Of a stretch of DNA of 64,000 bases, positions 51,234 through 60,482 are shown one piece after another; positions within the stretch are counted from its first letter, which is position 1, and every line of letters starts with the position of its first letter. The notes beneath the pieces are model-generated. The model ran no database searches. It was given only the letters and a program-made list of their open reading frames with translations, and was not told the DNA's origin. Source of the stretch: a bacterium (GTDB lineage: Bacteria > Zhuqueibacterota > Zhuqueibacteria > Residuimicrobiales > Krinioviventaceae); NCBI GenBank assembly GCA_963674595.2, contig CAXXFV010000004.1, forward strand, positions 357,003 through 421,002. The letters run 5' to 3'. Position numbers and translations under genes: made by a program.

Positions 51234-52379
51234 ATGCTAAAAATGAATTTTAATTACACTGATATTTTTCGTGCACCACGAATAGCATTATCTATTCAAA
51301 AATTGTGGATTCAACTGGTAGGACTATTTACGGGTATGTTTTTTTATATCCTTTTGTCCTATGCCGGATTTTTATTGTCAGGTGCCTCATTAGCGGATTC
51401 GTGGGAAAAATTTGGTCTTTTACCTTGCCTCTTTGCCACCGGTGAAGCATATCCCTGGTATGCATGGGCCGCTTATTTTGTAGGTTCATTAATATTGGTT
51501 TTGGCTGTTCTTGTTACAAATACGGCCGTCTCGCGTGCAACTTATATGGATATTAAAGGCAACAATTTTTATAATTGGCGGGAAGCATTTGCCTTTGCCA
51601 TGAGAAAGTCAGTCTCTGTTATTTTAACTCCACTCTCTGTTATCATTTTAGCCGGACTGTTTATTTTTGGGATCTATATTTTAGGATTATTAGGCAAAAT
51701 TCCGGTCGTTGGAGAATTGGGAATCAGTTTGTTTACCATTATATGGTTTTTGCTATCATTACTTTTACTTTTCTTTTTTGTCGTTGCTTGTATTGCGGCT
51801 ATAATTGCCCCGGCTATTATAGCCACTACGGACGAGGATGCATTTGAAGCTGTCTTTCAGTCATTTGTGCTGACCTGGCGACAACCCTGGCGTTTAATAG
51901 GCTACCAGGTTACAAATTTATTACTTTCTGTTGTTGCTGTGGGAATATTGGCTTTTGTCGTTAAAGAATCATTTTTTATTCTGAATGCGTTATTTGCAAA
52001 TTTTATGGGTGCGGATTATTCGAATCTTGCGAATAATGGTCAGGGTATGGTACAAAGCTGGTTATTAATGGCCCAGCCAATAGTGGAATCTATTTACAAA
52101 GATTGCTCGACATTTGTTTTCTTTTCCAGAGAGTTTTTGATGATCCCGGCTTCTGATCTATCAGGTAGCGTTGTTATTTCATCCTATTTTTATGCGATTA
52201 GCTTGTTGTTTATAATTGGTTTTGTTGTTTCCTATGGTCTTTCTGCTTTTAATGCCGGAAGCACACTCACCTATATTGTTTTGAGAAAAATTAAGGATGA
52301 TGAAAATCTTTTAGAACGTACCGATAAAGAAGAAGGTGATGAGGAGGAGACAGAAGAAGAGGTTGTTTCCGAATCATAA
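51234..52379 (+). CDS. Polytopic membrane protein of unknown function with acidic tail
   Basis: Multiple hydrophobic segments; GGAGG SD before ATG 51234. Confidence 0.7.
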   Translation: MLKMNFNYTDIFRAPRIALSIQKLWIQLVGLFTGMFFYILLSYAGFLLSGASLADSWEKFGLLPCLFATGEAYPWYAWAAYFVGSLILVLAVLVTNTAVSRATYMDIKGNNFYNWREAFAFAMRKSVSVILTPLSVIILAGLFIFGIYILGLLGKIPVVGELGISLFTIIWFLLSLLLLFFFVVACIAAIIAPAIIATTDEDAFEAVFQSFVLTWRQPWRLIGYQVTNLLLSVVAVGILAFVVKESFFILNALFANFMGADYSNLANNGQGMVQSWLLMAQPIVESIYKDCSTFVFFSREFLMIPASDLSGSVVISSYFYAISLLFIIGFVVSYGLSAFNAGSTLTYIVLRKIKDDENLLERTDKEEGDEEETEEEVVSES

Positions 52380-52433
52380 GTTAAAAGTATTTCAGATTAA
52401 CAGGAAATTTTTTAAAATTACCAAGGAGCAGAA

Positions 52434-52637
52434 ATGCAATATGGTGTGCTGAAAAATTGGGATGCCGTAAAAGGATTTGGGTTTATAGTTACCGATGATG
52501 ATATAGATTATTTTGTTCATAAAAGCGATTTAGCTGCTTCCCTAAAACCGCAACAAATGCGGGAAGGTTTAGAATTAAAATTTGATATAAAAAGTGATTT
52601 TAAAGGGGATAAAGCCGTCAATGTACGGAGGGCTTAG
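52434..52637 (+). CDS. Cold-shock domain protein
   Basis: KGFGFI (RNP1), YFVHKS (RNP2), KAVNV. Confidence 0.9.
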   Translation: MQYGVLKNWDAVKGFGFIVTDDDIDYFVHKSDLAASLKPQQMREGLELKFDIKSDFKGDKAVNVRRA

Positions 52638-52667
52638 GTAAGGCAACTAATGTAAAGGAATGACAAC

Positions 52668-53951
52668 ATGTCCGGTGTATTTGTTAAAATTAAAGATCAG
52701 CAGCATGGTCCGTTTTCTTCATTTGAACTGCAAAAGTTAGCTCGTGACGGCCAATTTAATAAAGATGATTTTGTTTACCATGAAGACACTCAAGAATGGA
52801 TAAAAGCCGGTAAATTATCAGCTTTGAATAACCTTTTCCCGGAAAAACTGGAAGAACCTAAAAGAACAGTATATGCAATAGGCGGTGGAAAAGGAGGTGT
52901 CGGCAAAACAGTTTTTACGGCTTCCCTTGGAATAGGATTGGCAGCGCTGGGTAATAAAGTAATCCTTGTTGATGCTGACCTGGGTGGAGCAAATTTGCAT
53001 ACCTGTCTTGGTATGCTGGAGCCTAAATATACTTTTTATCATTTTTATTCTTTACAAAAAGATAGCTTGGATGATATCGTTTTAGAAACTCCTGTTGAAA
53101 ACCTGGGACTTATAAGCGGAGCTTGCGGAACACTTGGATTGGCAAATCCACGATTTTCTCAAAAACTTCGTTTTATATCAGAATTACAAAAACTGGACGC
53201 GGATTATATTTTGGTTGACCTGGGTGCCGGATCATCCTATAATGTTATTGATTTTTTCCTGGCTGCCGAGCAAGGTGTGCTGGTCACAACTCCTGAACCC
53301 ATGGCTATTCAGGAGACATTCAATTTTGTTAAAGTATCAATTTTAAGAAAATTTATTCGTGCTTTTAGAAAAAATGAAAGAATTCACTCTCTTTTAGAAG
53401 AGAGAATTTTCTCTCATCCTGGAAGAATGATTACAACTATAGATGAGTTGTTGGTTGATATCAATAATATCGACAAACAATCTGCTGAAGAGATGAAAGA
53501 GTATTTAAAAGAATTTCGGCCAAGATTAGTTTTAAATATGGTACATTCCCACGATGAGGTCAAAGAAGGCGACACTCTGAAAACAGCCGCACATGATTTG
53601 TTATCGGTTGATATAGATTATATTGGAATAATTAATCATGATGAAAATGTAAGAAAATCTGTAAAAAAACTGCGGCCATTTATTATCGATAATCCCAAGT
53701 CAAAAGCTTCGCGCAGTTTAGCCAAATTAATTACCGTTGGGCTTATGGAAAACAACGGATGGGAAGGTTTTAAAAAGAAACGCAAAGTTATTAAAAACAT
53801 AACGACAGAGGCGGAAAGCTATCCGTTGGCAAGCATGAAAGAAAGCGAAACTATATGTTCTGTCAAGTGTTTTTATTGGGATGATTGCGAATATCAAAAT
53901 GGTGGATTCCCGTGTCCTGTTCGCCATTTGGACCCCATTTTTAAAAGATAA
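52668..53951 (+). CDS. GYF_2 domain + MinD/FlhG-family ATPase + C-terminal Cys4 motif
   Basis: QQHGPFS..EL..L..G....D.VY....EW (GYF_2); GGGKGGVGKT, DADLGGANLH, DLGAG; C-x3-C-x5-C-x8-C tail. Confidence 0.8.
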   Translation: MSGVFVKIKDQQHGPFSSFELQKLARDGQFNKDDFVYHEDTQEWIKAGKLSALNNLFPEKLEEPKRTVYAIGGGKGGVGKTVFTASLGIGLAALGNKVILVDADLGGANLHTCLGMLEPKYTFYHFYSLQKDSLDDIVLETPVENLGLISGACGTLGLANPRFSQKLRFISELQKLDADYILVDLGAGSSYNVIDFFLAAEQGVLVTTPEPMAIQETFNFVKVSILRKFIRAFRKNERIHSLLEERIFSHPGRMITTIDELLVDINNIDKQSAEEMKEYLKEFRPRLVLNMVHSHDEVKEGDTLKTAAHDLLSVDIDYIGIINHDENVRKSVKKLRPFIIDNPKSKASRSLAKLITVGLMENNGWEGFKKKRKVIKNITTEAESYPLASMKESETICSVKCFYWDDCEYQNGGFPCPVRHLDPIFKR

Positions 53952-53996
53952 TGAAAAGAAAAACATTTTTTATTATAACAATTTTTATTATAATTG

Positions 53997-54025
53997 AAAG
54001 GTGAACTAAAAAGTTCACCTTTTTT
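53997..54025 (+). terminator. Rho-independent terminator between the GYF-MinD gene and ktrB
   Basis: aaaggtgaact-aaaa-agttcaccttt followed by T. Confidence 0.7.
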
Positions 54026-54027
54026 AA

Positions 54028-55386
54028 TTGTTATACTCATTTTTTATGAATATTGGTTTGAAAAAATTACATGCTTCACACATACTGGCTATTAGTTTTA
54101 TTGTATTAATTAGTATTGGTACTTTATTGTTGGCCATGCCTTTTTCTTCCCGTAATAATGATGTTTCCATTTTGGATGCGGCATTTACTGCCACATCTGC
54201 CGCCTGCGTTACCGGTCTTGTTGTTGTTGATACTGGAACTCAATGGACTGTCTGGGGGCAGCTTGTCATTCTATTTTTAATTCAAATCGGCGGGTTGGGG
54301 ATTATGACATTTTCAACTTTTATTGCCTATATCATTGGTCGTCGGTTAGGTATTATAAACAGGAATTTATTGGAGCACAGTGTCGGACTGGGACATGGCG
54401 CAACTTTGGGGCGTTTACTTTTTGTTATAATTGGTGGAACGTTACTTATTGAGTTTTTTGGTGCTATTGTTTTGATTTGGAGATTTTCATATCATTATAC
54501 TTTTTCCGAATCAATATATCTGGGTATTTTCCATTCTATTTCTGCCTTTTGTAATGCAGGTTTTTCCCTGTTTTCATCAAATTTAATAGCTTTTCAAAAT
54601 GACGTGACCATAAATCTTACTATTATTATCTTAATTATATTGGGTGGACTTGGTTTTTTAGTTTTATTTGATTTAAAAAAATTCAGTTTCAGAAATCTTA
54701 AACTTCATAGTAAAATCGTTGTTTCAGCAACATTTTTTTTGATTACAGTAGGTTTTTTGCTGTTTTTGTTTCTTGAATGGAATAATAGTCTGGCAAATTT
54801 TTCATTCATTCATAAATTAATAGCAGCTTTATTTCAGTCTGTTACTTCAAGAACTGCCGGTTTTAATACCGTCCCAATTGAATCGTTAACAAACAGTTCT
54901 TTGTTTTTGTTGATGATACTTATGATGATCGGCGCATCACCTGGCTCATGTGGCGGAGGTATGAAAACGACAACTTTTGCAGTTGTTTTGGCTTTGATAT
55001 TTTCACGGTTAAGAGATCAAAGACAGGTTCACATTTTCAAAAGAGGCATCCCGGAACATGTTATATCAAAAGCTATCGGAATCGCTTTTTTCCTGCTATC
55101 GATGGTTACCGTTGCCTGTATGTTTTTACTTATAACGGAACATCCCGGCGGTTTGCATTCCGAAGGGCGTGTTGTATTTATTGAAGTACTTTTTGAATGT
55201 TTTTCTGCTATTGGTACGGTTGGATTGAGTATGGGATTAACGCCTGTCCTTTCAACTATTGGCAAAATGATCATTATTCTTCTTATGTATGTCGGACGAG
55301 TTGGTCCTGTTACATTGGCCTTAGCCATCGCTGTTAAAAAATCTCCAAGGTTGCGTTTGGCAGAAGAAGAATTTTGGGTTGGATAA
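54028..55386 (+). CDS. ktrB: Ktr/Trk potassium uptake membrane subunit (start may be ATG 54046)
   Basis: TATSAACVTGL, SAFCNAGF, SRTAGFNT, SAIGTVGLS pore loops; GASPGSCGGG. Confidence 0.9.
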   Translation: MLYSFFMNIGLKKLHASHILAISFIVLISIGTLLLAMPFSSRNNDVSILDAAFTATSAACVTGLVVVDTGTQWTVWGQLVILFLIQIGGLGIMTFSTFIAYIIGRRLGIINRNLLEHSVGLGHGATLGRLLFVIIGGTLLIEFFGAIVLIWRFSYHYTFSESIYLGIFHSISAFCNAGFSLFSSNLIAFQNDVTINLTIIILIILGGLGFLVLFDLKKFSFRNLKLHSKIVVSATFFLITVGFLLFLFLEWNNSLANFSFIHKLIAALFQSVTSRTAGFNTVPIESLTNSSLFLLMILMMIGASPGSCGGGMKTTTFAVVLALIFSRLRDQRQVHIFKRGIPEHVISKAIGIAFFLLSMVTVACMFLLITEHPGGLHSEGRVVFIEVLFECFSAIGTVGLSMGLTPVLSTIGKMIIILLMYVGRVGPVTLALAIAVKKSPRLRLAEEEFWVG

Positions 55387-55402
55387 TATTTAAGGAAATA
55401 AA

Positions 55403-56053
55403 ATGAAATCTTTTGCGATAATTGGATTAAGTAGTTTCGGGCATTATTTAGCAAAATATTTGTCTGAAAAAGGCCACCATATCATGGCTATTGATATTAA
55501 TGAAGAACGAATAGAACGAGTGAAATCATTTGTTGACAGGGCTGTAATTGTTGATGCAACAGACAGAGAAACTTTGAGTGGATTAGGATTAAAAGACCTT
55601 GATAATGTTGTTGTAAGTTTAGGCGATAAAATTGACGCCAGTATTTTAGTAACTCTTTATCTTCGGGAATTAAAGGTAAAAAATATTATAGCAAAAGCTT
55701 TAACTGAAGACCATGGTAAAATTCTTGATATTATTGGCGCCACACAGGTCATTTTCCCTGAACGGGATGAAGCCCTTCGCCTGGCAAATACTCTGGATAG
55801 TGATTATGTTTTAGATAATAAATCTCTTGGCGATGGTATGAGTATCATAGAGATTGCCGCCCCTATAGAGTTTGTCGGGAAAACACTGGGAGATTTGGAT
55901 TTAAGAAACCGTTATGGTGTACTGGTTCTTGTCGTTAAAGAAGTTGTACCTGAAAATGTTGTCATGATCCCCACGGCGGATCATATTATTAAAGATAGTG
56001 ATATTTTAATTATTCTGGGAAAAGATCAGGACCTAAAAAAAATTCAAAAATGA
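55403..56053 (+). CDS. ktrA: Ktr/Trk RCK regulatory subunit
   Basis: IIGLSSFG Rossmann motif, VIFPERD, C-terminal TrkA_C domain. Confidence 0.9.
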   Translation: MKSFAIIGLSSFGHYLAKYLSEKGHHIMAIDINEERIERVKSFVDRAVIVDATDRETLSGLGLKDLDNVVVSLGDKIDASILVTLYLRELKVKNIIAKALTEDHGKILDIIGATQVIFPERDEALRLANTLDSDYVLDNKSLGDGMSIIEIAAPIEFVGKTLGDLDLRNRYGVLVLVVKEVVPENVVMIPTADHIIKDSDILIILGKDQDLKKIQK

Positions 56054-56168
56054 TATAATTTTATAATTTTAGGAATGATACAAGCGTTTTTGAGGTTGAA
56101 TAGAATAGAATATTTTATTAATTTTATTTTATTATTCCTCTATAGGTATGTTTTTTGGAGGTTTTTAT

Positions 56169-56609
56169 ATGTCCGTAGAAATAATTCGTATAATTCGCGA
56201 ATTAACTGATACAGGAAAATCAACACGTAAACCGCATTCCTATTTATGCATGGATGCCGATTATAATTGCCGGGTCTGGGAACCAAATACAGATATTTGG
56301 GAGAGTGAAGATTCGGTTTGCATCCTTGTTGAATTGGCGGGTGTTCAAAAAGAAGATATTACAGTAAAAATTAAAAACAGTAAAATTTTTATTTCCGGGC
56401 AACGAAAAGAAAAAAGGCCCGACCAACAAATTCGGTTTCATCAACTGGAAATAAACTATGGAGCTTTTTTGAAAATTATCAGATTACCGGAAACTCTCGA
56501 ACATAATGAAATAGTAGCTAAATTTCAGTCGGGATTTTTATTGGTTGAAATTTCCAAAGTTGGTAAAGTTGTGGAAATTCCGATTGTTATGGACCTAAAT
56601 GATTTGTAA
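56169..56609 (+). CDS. Hsp20/alpha-crystallin small heat-shock protein
   Basis: WEPNTDIWE..VELAGV..ISGQR..EINYGAF..LP..A.F..GFL; GGAGG SD before ATG 56169. Confidence 0.88.
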   Translation: MSVEIIRIIRELTDTGKSTRKPHSYLCMDADYNCRVWEPNTDIWESEDSVCILVELAGVQKEDITVKIKNSKIFISGQRKEKRPDQQIRFHQLEINYGAFLKIIRLPETLEHNEIVAKFQSGFLLVEISKVGKVVEIPIVMDLNDL

Positions 56610-56638
56610 AAAATATTTTTTAATATAAAGGATGTTTT

Positions 56639-59026
56639 ATGGATGAAAAAACAATGGATGAAAATTCCATTCAAACGATTATTGAAGAGGAACATGAATT
56701 AGAGACCAAAGTTCCTTCCGAGTTACCTATATTACCTTTACGGGATACCGTTGTATTTCCTAATATTGTTACTCCATTGATGGTTGCACGTAAACCATCA
56801 GTTCAATTGATAAATGATGTTATTGCCGGATCACGGATGCTGGGCCTTGTTGCACAAAAGGATGCATCTGATGAAGAACCCACCAAGGATGATATTTATA
56901 AAATGGGGACCGCTGCCGTTGTTTTGAGGATGCTGAAATTTCCCGATGGATCTTTAAGGATTTTGGTGCAAGGAGTTTCCAGAATTAAACTGTTGAGAGT
57001 GAATGATGAAAATTCCTATATGACAGCCAAAGTAAGGACTTTGAAGGAATCCTTTGAAGAATCAACAGAGCTGGAAGCTCTAAAAAGGAATGTCGCCATT
57101 CAGTTTCAAAAGGTTGTATCTTTGGTTCCACAGTTACCGGATGAATTACAAATTGTTGTTGTAAATACCTCACATCCGGGAAAACTTGCCGATTTGGTTG
57201 CGTCTAATCTCAGTTTACCGGTTAATGAAAAACAGGAATTGTTGGAATTAACTGATATTCGTAAACGTCTTAAAAAATTAACCATAACTTTAAATCGTGA
57301 GTTGGAAGTTCTGGAAATGGGATCAAAGATCCAGGACAAAGTTCAAAGCGAACTTGGTAAAAATCAACGAGAATATTTTTTGCGTGAACAATTGCGCGCC
57401 ATTCAAAAGGAATTGGGTGTAGGTGACGACCGAACGGCTGAAATTGAAGAGCTTGAGGAAAAAATCAAACAGGTCAAAATGAGTGAAGAGGCTGAAAAAG
57501 AAGCCATGCGCGAACTTGACCGTTTGTCTAAAATGCAGCCGGGTGCGGCAGAATATACGGTTTCACGAACATACCTCGATTGGATGATTTCTTTGCCATG
57601 GTCTCATTCGACAGAAGATAATTTAGATATAAATGAAGCACAAAATGTGTTGGATCGGGACCATTATGATTTGAAAAAAGTCAAAGAACGTATTATTGAA
57701 TATCTTGCTGTTCGAAAATTGAAAAAAGACACTAAAGGCCCTATTTTGTGTTTTGTAGGCCCTCCGGGAGTCGGTAAAACTTCTCTGGGACAGTCAATTG
57801 CACGGGCCATGGGCCGAACTTTTGTGAGAATTTCCCTGGGCGGTGTTCACGATGAAGCTGAAATAAGAGGTCATCGCCGGACTTATATCGGGGCTCTGCC
57901 TGGCCGAATTATTCAGGGATTAAAAACTGCCGGAAGCAACAATCCCATTTTTATGCTGGATGAGGTGGATAAGATTGGTATGGATTTTCGGGGCGATCCT
58001 TCTTCTGCACTTTTGGAAGTTTTGGACCCACAGCAAAATTTTGCTTTTTCAGATCATTATCTGGATGTTCCTTTTGATCTGTCAAAAGTCATGTTTATTA
58101 CCACAGCCAATGTTCTCGATACGGTTCCATCAGCATTGCGGGACAGGATGGAAGTGATTGCTCTTCCGGGTTATATTGAAGAAGAAAAACTGGAAATTGC
58201 CTTTAAATATTTAATTCCCCGTCAAATAAATGAAAACGGCTTACTCAAGAAGCATATTTCCTTTAGTAAAAAATCTGTTCGTCAGTTGATTCGTGACTAT
58301 ACACGTGAAGCTGGTGTACGAAACCTGGAACGCGTTATTGCCAATGTCTGCCGTAAAGTTGCCAGGGGTGTTGCAGCCGGCAGCGAAGAAAAACGTACGA
58401 TTGACAGTGATTTGATTGTTGAATTTTTGGGACCACAAAAATTTTATTCTGAAGTTGCCGATAGAACCAGCGAACCCGGCGTTGCAACAGGGCTTGCCTG
58501 GACGCCGACAGGTGGTGATGTTCTTTTTATTGAAGCCACACAAATGACAGGTAACAAGGGTCTGTTACTGACCGGGCAACTTGGAAGTGTAATGAAAGAA
58601 TCTGCCCAGGCTGGATTGTCTTATATCCGATCACATGCGAAAAAGTTTGGAATTCCTGTCAACTTTTTTGATAAAAAGGATATTCACATTCATGTGCCGG
58701 CCGGTGCCATTCCAAAAGATGGTCCTTCTGCCGGTGTTACACTGGTTACAGCCCTCGTTTCATTATTAACGAAAAAGGCCGTTAAAAAAGATTTTGCCAT
58801 GACAGGCGAAGTAACCCTTCGCGGAAAAGTTTTGCCGGTAGGTGGTATTAAGGAAAAAGTTTTAGCCGCAAAACGTATCGGCATTAAAAATATTATTTTA
58901 CCAGCCAAAAACAAGGACGATTTGGAGGAAATTCCCGAGGATAATAAAAAGGGCATGAATTTTTATTTTGTGGATAAAGTCGATCAGGTGCTTGATTTGG
59001 CAATACGGGGTCGAAATTCTGATTAA
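56639..59026 (+). CDS. lon: ATP-dependent protease La
   Basis: LPLRDTVVFP, GPPGVGKT, RGHRRTYIG, PKDGPSAG, GGIKEK. Confidence 0.97.
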   Translation: MDEKTMDENSIQTIIEEEHELETKVPSELPILPLRDTVVFPNIVTPLMVARKPSVQLINDVIAGSRMLGLVAQKDASDEEPTKDDIYKMGTAAVVLRMLKFPDGSLRILVQGVSRIKLLRVNDENSYMTAKVRTLKESFEESTELEALKRNVAIQFQKVVSLVPQLPDELQIVVVNTSHPGKLADLVASNLSLPVNEKQELLELTDIRKRLKKLTITLNRELEVLEMGSKIQDKVQSELGKNQREYFLREQLRAIQKELGVGDDRTAEIEELEEKIKQVKMSEEAEKEAMRELDRLSKMQPGAAEYTVSRTYLDWMISLPWSHSTEDNLDINEAQNVLDRDHYDLKKVKERIIEYLAVRKLKKDTKGPILCFVGPPGVGKTSLGQSIARAMGRTFVRISLGGVHDEAEIRGHRRTYIGALPGRIIQGLKTAGSNNPIFMLDEVDKIGMDFRGDPSSALLEVLDPQQNFAFSDHYLDVPFDLSKVMFITTANVLDTVPSALRDRMEVIALPGYIEEEKLEIAFKYLIPRQINENGLLKKHISFSKKSVRQLIRDYTREAGVRNLERVIANVCRKVARGVAAGSEEKRTIDSDLIVEFLGPQKFYSEVADRTSEPGVATGLAWTPTGGDVLFIEATQMTGNKGLLLTGQLGSVMKESAQAGLSYIRSHAKKFGIPVNFFDKKDIHIHVPAGAIPKDGPSAGVTLVTALVSLLTKKAVKKDFAMTGEVTLRGKVLPVGGIKEKVLAAKRIGIKNIILPAKNKDDLEEIPEDNKKGMNFYFVDKVDQVLDLAIRGRNSD

Positions 59027-59076
59027 TAACAATAGGTTTTAGCTAATTCTATCTAACTTTTTTGATTTGAGTCACT

Positions 59077-60477
59077 ATGAAAAATATATTATTTGATAAA
59101 TTAATAAAGCATAATCAGGAACATATTTTAAAATATTGGGACGAACTGGATCAGAGATCCAGGGAGGAATTAGAAAAACAAATTGTAAAAATTGATTTTG
59201 ATTTAATTGATTCTTTTAAAGAGTTGTTGGGCAAAAAAGACACCGGCCATTATAAACCGGGTACTTTGGCACCGTTGGACGTTATTGAATTACCTGTTGA
59301 TGAACATCAAAAATCCGCGTTTCAAAATGCTCAAATCGTTGGTGAAAAGTGTCTGCAGGAAAATAAAGTCGGTGTTATTGTTGTTGCCGGCGGTCAGGGA
59401 ACCCGGTTGGGTTTTAACGGACCAAAGGGTACTTTTTCTGTTGGACCAGTTACAGACCGTTCACTGTTCCAGTACCATGTTGAAAAAATTATGGCCCTGG
59501 AAAATAAGTTTAGCTGTACGATTCCCTTTTATATCATGACCAGTGAAACAAATAACAACGAAACAATTGATTTTTTTGAAAAGAAGAACTATTTCGGCAA
59601 AAACAAATCGGATTTTGTTTTTTTTACGCAGCGTATGTTGCCGCCTCTGGATTCTGATGGCCGCATTCTGATGGCTGATAAAGGCAAAATCAGTCAGTCA
59701 CCTGACGGACACGGTGGATTGCTGACAGCTATTAAACGCGGAACTGTTTTTCAGGACATGCAAAAGCGCGGCCTTGAATATTTGTTTTATTTTCAGGTGG
59801 ATAACGTTCTTGTAAAAATTTGCGATCCTGTTTACATTGGGTTTCATGTTTTGGAAAAATCCGACATGTCATCCAAAACTGTTTATAAATGCAACCCAAA
59901 TGAAAAACTGGGTAATATCGGACGGATCAACGGAGAATGTACTGTTATAGAATATACCGAATTATCCGATGAAGAAAAAAACGCCAAAAACAATGATGAC
60001 CGACTCAAGTTTGGACAGGGAAGTATTGCAATTCATGTGTTCAGTCTGTCTTTTTTTGAACGGTTATTTACCCAAAAAATCGACCTGCCCTACCATGTGG
60101 CATTGAAAAAAATCAAGTGTATTGATGATAACGGTATAATGGTTGATCCAAAGACACCGAATGGGTACAAGTTTGAACAATTTATATTCGATGCATTACC
60201 CTATGCAAAAAATGTAATGGTCCTGGAAACAGACCGGTTTGATGATTTTAGTCCCATAAAAAATGCTAAAGATTACGATTCTCCTGAAACAGCACGGCAG
60301 GATTTATCGAATCTGTTCGGTCGCTGGCTTGAAAGCTGTGGTGTGGCTGTTCCCAAAGATGATCAGGGAAATGTGACCATAAAAATTGAAATCAGTCCGC
60401 TGTTTGCTCTAGACAAGGACGATTTGATGGGTAAAATAGATAATTTAAAAGTTACTGATTCCATACTGCTGGAATAA
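59077..60477 (+). CDS. UDPGP type-1 family nucleotidyltransferase (UAP1-like UDP-GlcNAc/hexose pyrophosphorylase)
   Basis: AGGQGTRLG..GPKG, YIMTS, SPDGHGG, QVDN, KFEQFIFD, FSPIKN. Confidence 0.9.
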   Translation: MKNILFDKLIKHNQEHILKYWDELDQRSREELEKQIVKIDFDLIDSFKELLGKKDTGHYKPGTLAPLDVIELPVDEHQKSAFQNAQIVGEKCLQENKVGVIVVAGGQGTRLGFNGPKGTFSVGPVTDRSLFQYHVEKIMALENKFSCTIPFYIMTSETNNNETIDFFEKKNYFGKNKSDFVFFTQRMLPPLDSDGRILMADKGKISQSPDGHGGLLTAIKRGTVFQDMQKRGLEYLFYFQVDNVLVKICDPVYIGFHVLEKSDMSSKTVYKCNPNEKLGNIGRINGECTVIEYTELSDEEKNAKNNDDRLKFGQGSIAIHVFSLSFFERLFTQKIDLPYHVALKKIKCIDDNGIMVDPKTPNGYKFEQFIFDALPYAKNVMVLETDRFDDFSPIKNAKDYDSPETARQDLSNLFGRWLESCGVAVPKDDQGNVTIKIEISPLFALDKDDLMGKIDNLKVTDSILLE

Positions 60478-60482
60478 ATAGA

